Assembly: GCA_977862235.1 (NCBI GenBank)
Contig: OZ374557.1
Span: forward strand, 3,410,001 to 3,474,000
Reading direction: 5' to 3'
DNA length: 64,000 bases
Source: Dudresnaya verticillata
Lineage: Eukaryota
Within the stretch, counting starts at the first letter, position 1; the number at the start of each line of letters is the position of its first letter. Positions 60,400 to 64,000 of the stretch are shown piece after piece. Made by a program: the position numbers and the translations under genes. The notes beneath the pieces are model-generated. The model saw only the letters and a program-made list of their open reading frames with translations, was not told where the DNA came from and made no database searches.

Positions 60400-61420
60400 G
60401 CGCTTGTCCTTAAGCAGCACTCGGTAGGGCCCTATCGCTGGGATCTGGAGCTTCTTGGGTTTCTTAACCCCGTCGCTCGCGTCGATGAAGACGTAGTCTC
60501 CCGCTCGAATGCGGGAGTTGACTTTCTGACACGCTTTTCAAAGTCTTTCTTGTAACGCCGCTGCGTTTTGTCGAGAGCGCTCGATGCGCTTGCGAAGGCG
60601 GCATCGAGCCACTTGAGAAAGTCCGCGCGCACGTCCTCACCAGGTTTCGGTCTGGCCGCTGCCTTATGAAACTTAGTGAACTCCGGCGGCGGCCGGGACA
60701 GAACATGGGTGTCGTCCGCGTCGTGCGATGGACATGGCAGCTGTAGGAATACGTCAACGCCGCTGCGTATCGATCCCAGTCGTCCTGGTGATCGTTGATG
60801 TAATTCCTCAACATGGTCATGACGGTCCGTTTGTAGCGCTCAACCTGACCGTTCGCCTGCGGGTGGTAGGCGGACGTGAACACGTTGTTCAATCCGAGGT
60901 AGCGGCACACTGTCTGGAAGAACTAAGAGGTGAATTACTTCCCGTTGTCCGACAACAGAGACCTCGGTGGTCCATAGTGGAAGATCCACCTCTCACAGAA
61001 CGCCACTGCGACGTGGAACGCTGTGATGGTGCGCAGCGGCACTGTTTGAGTCAGCTTCGTGAATCGATCCGTCATGACGAGCAGAAATCGCTTTCCTGAC
61101 TTCTTCTTGGGCAGCGGCCCTAGGATATCGATCGCGAGCGACTCGAGCGGCCTCGTGGCCGGGAACAACTTCATCCGATGAAGGGACCTCCGCAAGCGTA
61201 TGCGGTTCCTGGCACAGTGCCGACAGTTCGGAACTGTTATGGCGATGTCCGCTGACATGTGTGGCCAGTAGTAGCTCTCGCGGAGCGTGTAGAACATCCT
61301 GTTCTGGCCAGGATGGCCAGCCAGGAGGGAATGTTGCGCGAGCGTGAGAAGCCACGGCTGTAGCGTTTCGGGCACCACTATTTGTTCCAACGAGGAGATG
61401 ACGGGGTGACGCCGGCACAA
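60400..61420 (-). pseudogene. Gypsy integrase, disrupted
   Basis: HHCC (QHSLLAGHPG...CRHC), LAIDILGPLP, LLSDNG, HPQANGQVER, GPYRV. Confidence 0.92.
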
Positions 61421-64000
61421 GAGCCCGTCCTGGTCCTCGAAGAAGTGGCTATCTCGTCGAGGGACTGCCGTGCCAACACTGTTTGGAAAAAGGAATCGCG
61501 CCGCTGCGCATCCACCATTTCCTCGACGGTTATTGGTGAAGGGAGCTTCACCGGTTCGACCCGGGTGAGTTCCGTCGGCTCTTGGGTCGGGACGATGCGG
61601 CCAAGGTCGAAGAGGTCGAAATCGTCGCAGTCGTCCCAGACCTCGTCGTCGGCAAGCCCCGGGGGCTCGTCGCTGTCCGAGGGCTCCTTGGCTTCGCTGC
61701 CATTGCCATCCACTTCAGCTGGTCGATCCGGCGCCTTCCGCGTCGACGCGTTGGCTTGGGACCGCGTGGTCAGCAAGACCGGCTGTGCCTTGGGCTCGGT
61801 ACTCGGGGCACCCTCCTTCTGGCGGTCGACCGCCGGGGGTCATAGGCAGGGACGTCGTCGTCAACCTCCTCTTGCTGCCGTCGAGGTCTCATCAGGCGGG
61901 ACAGCGCGTCCGGCACCTGGTGTACCCTACATGGGCAGTACTCGATCTGGAAGTCGGATTCCGCGAGTCGCAACCTCCAGCGGGTGAGGCGACCGGACGA
62001 ATCGGTCAGGGACATGAGCTAGCGAAAGGCTTCATGGTCGGTTCGTACCGTGAACCTGGTCCCTTCGATGTAGGGACGCAGGATTATGATCGACCACACC
62101 ACTGCAAAGCACTCGCGCTCCGTGGCCGAGTAGTTCCGCTCCGCTGAGCTTAGTGAGTAAGACCAGTACCCAACGGGGTGTAACTGACCGTCGACTTGCT
62201 CCTGGAGCAGGGCGCATCCGAGCTGGTACGCCGATGCCTCCGTGTCGAGGACGTACGGCTTGCCCTCTCGATTGAGCCGTAGGGTAGGAGACGATAAGAG
62301 TGTCGCTCGCAGCGTCTCAAATGCCTCCAGCGCCGCTGCGCTTGGATTATCGAAATCCACATCCGCATCCTTGCGGGTCATATCCGTCAGCGGACGAGCG
62401 ATCTCCGCAAAGTTCCTGACGAAGCGGCGGTAAACATTACACGCCCCGAGGAACGACCTCACCTTCGTCAGGGAGGTCGGGGACTGCGCATGGCGGAACG
62501 CGTCGATGCTTGTATTCTCCATGCGTAGTTTCCCCGGCTCGATCACGTGACCGAGGTAGTCCACGCGGGACTGGAAGAAGTGGCACTTCTTCCGCTTCAG
62601 GGGCACGCCGTCCTTTCGAAGCAGAGTCAGCACGCGGTCTGGGTGACCAACGTGCTCCGCGATCGACCGCGAGAATACGATCACATCATCGAGATAGATC
62701 AAACAACACTGCTATCTAACTCCGCTGAGTATGATGTCCAGTGCACGCTGGAAAGTCGCAGGGGCGTTCTTCAGTCCGAAGGGCATCCGCAGATAGCGTA
62801 ACGTCCCTAGGAACGTCGTGAACGTGGTTTTATCGCTGTCTGCCGCTGCGACAGGGATTTGCCAGTACCCTGCATTACAATCCAGTGTGGAGAATATGGC
62901 AGCCTCGCCGAGACTGTCGATACAGTCATCCATGCGTGGGATTGGGTACGCATCGCTCAGGGTTTTGGTGTTAAGACGTCGATAGTCCACACAAAACCTG
63001 AGCGTGCCGTCCTTCTTGGGCGCCAGAACGACTGGCGATGCCCACTCCGACGTGGCGGGTTCGATTACCCCTGCACGCAGCATGGTCTCGACCTTGTTCT
63101 GTACGAGCTTCCGCATAGCGGGGCCCTGTCGATAGGTCATTGAGCGAATCGGCCGCGTGCCGGTTCCACGTCGATGTGGTGTTGCGTAGCGGCAATCGTG
63201 CCTAGCCTGCCGTCCCACATGGACTGGTGCTTCCGAAGCATGGCGAGGACTTCTTCGCGGGTGACCTTGTCTTCGATAGACGAAAGGTCCACCTGCGACT
63301 CCCAGTCCTCGATGGACTCTCCTTTCTCCGCCGCTGCAGTTGCTGCTACTTGGAGCTTTGTGGGCTCGGGGCCCCTTGCCATCGACGGCGTGACTGGGGG
63401 TCATTGCTCCCCTTACCCCTGGGTTGCTGCCCTTTTTGCGGAAGGGTGGGGATAGTCATCACCTTCCCGAACTCTTCCGCGACATCGTGGTCTCAGCTTT
63501 AGCCTTCTCGACTCGACGTCGATCCCCCGCACGTGCGCGTTGATAAACTGAGTGCCTATCAGTACGTAGACCGCGAGCGTGTCGGCGACGATGAAAGGCA
63601 CGCGGAACGTCGTGTTCCCCAACTTCATCGAGAGGTGGACGACGCCGGACAGCCTGAGCGGGGTCTTGTCGGCGCCTGCCAGGCGTGGCGCGGAGTCGAT
63701 CTCTGACGCGTTTCCCTCCCAGAATGCGGGCAGGGCACCTATAGCGATGAGGTTGTACCCGGAGCCGGTGTCCACCGCGATGGTGTGGGGTCTCATAACC
63801 CGCGGATCCGCACCGAGGGACCCGGACACTCGGTAAATCTCGGAGGACAGGAGGCACACGTACCCGTCGGGGGTAGTGGGCGGCTCTGCGCCGATGCATG
63901 GAGCCCCGGTACCCTCGCGTCGAGCGTCGGGTGCCGGCGGTCCCGCCATCGGGGAGCTGCGCCCTTTCCGCCTGGCCTGTCGCTTGCATCGACGCCGCGG

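Larger units (their letters stand above)
56942..64000 (-). mobile_element. Ty3/gypsy (chromodomain-bearing) copy B: protease, RT, RNase H, integrase, chromodomain and long 3' region
   Basis: 62082-64000 is the reverse complement of 54648-56566 with the same stop and frameshift. It continues into the RNase H end (VRTDHEA, VPDALSRL), integrase and chromodomain. No 3' LTR. Confidence 0.93.

Overview
Eukaryotic-looking, intron-poor, transposon-dense DNA with no recognisable housekeeping or RNA genes; the taxon cannot be fixed from the sequence. Positions 1-20.7 kb hold a cluster of decayed genes: an unknown ORF pair, a KDZ (Kyakuja/Dileera/Zisupton-type) cysteine-cluster transposase split by a solo LTR, a Sen1/UPF1-like SF1 helicase, two unknown ORFs and a PIF1 helicase, followed by an 84-bp hairpin tandem array. 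Positions 20786-51092 form a ~30.3-kb palindrome with two near-identical ~15.1-kb arms and a 96-bp spacer. Each arm contains a truncated Helitron-type Rep-PIF1 gene with an unusual GGxRxNA-repeat N-terminus, a DIRS-type tyrosine-recombinase retrotransposon whose YR gene is split by a solo LTR, and a Ty3/gypsy LTR. The palindrome folds back at the PPT/3'-LTR junction of the gypsy element. The same 39-bp inverted repeat plus spacer junction reappears exactly where the right arm ends (51091), in front of a PPT-LTR-PBS-gag-pol gypsy copy. That gypsy pol is itself duplicated in inverted orientation (54648-56566 vs 62082-64000) around an integrase-chromodomain and a 3-kb region with antisense ORFs. 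An assembly or amplification artefact cannot be excluded for the inverted duplications.
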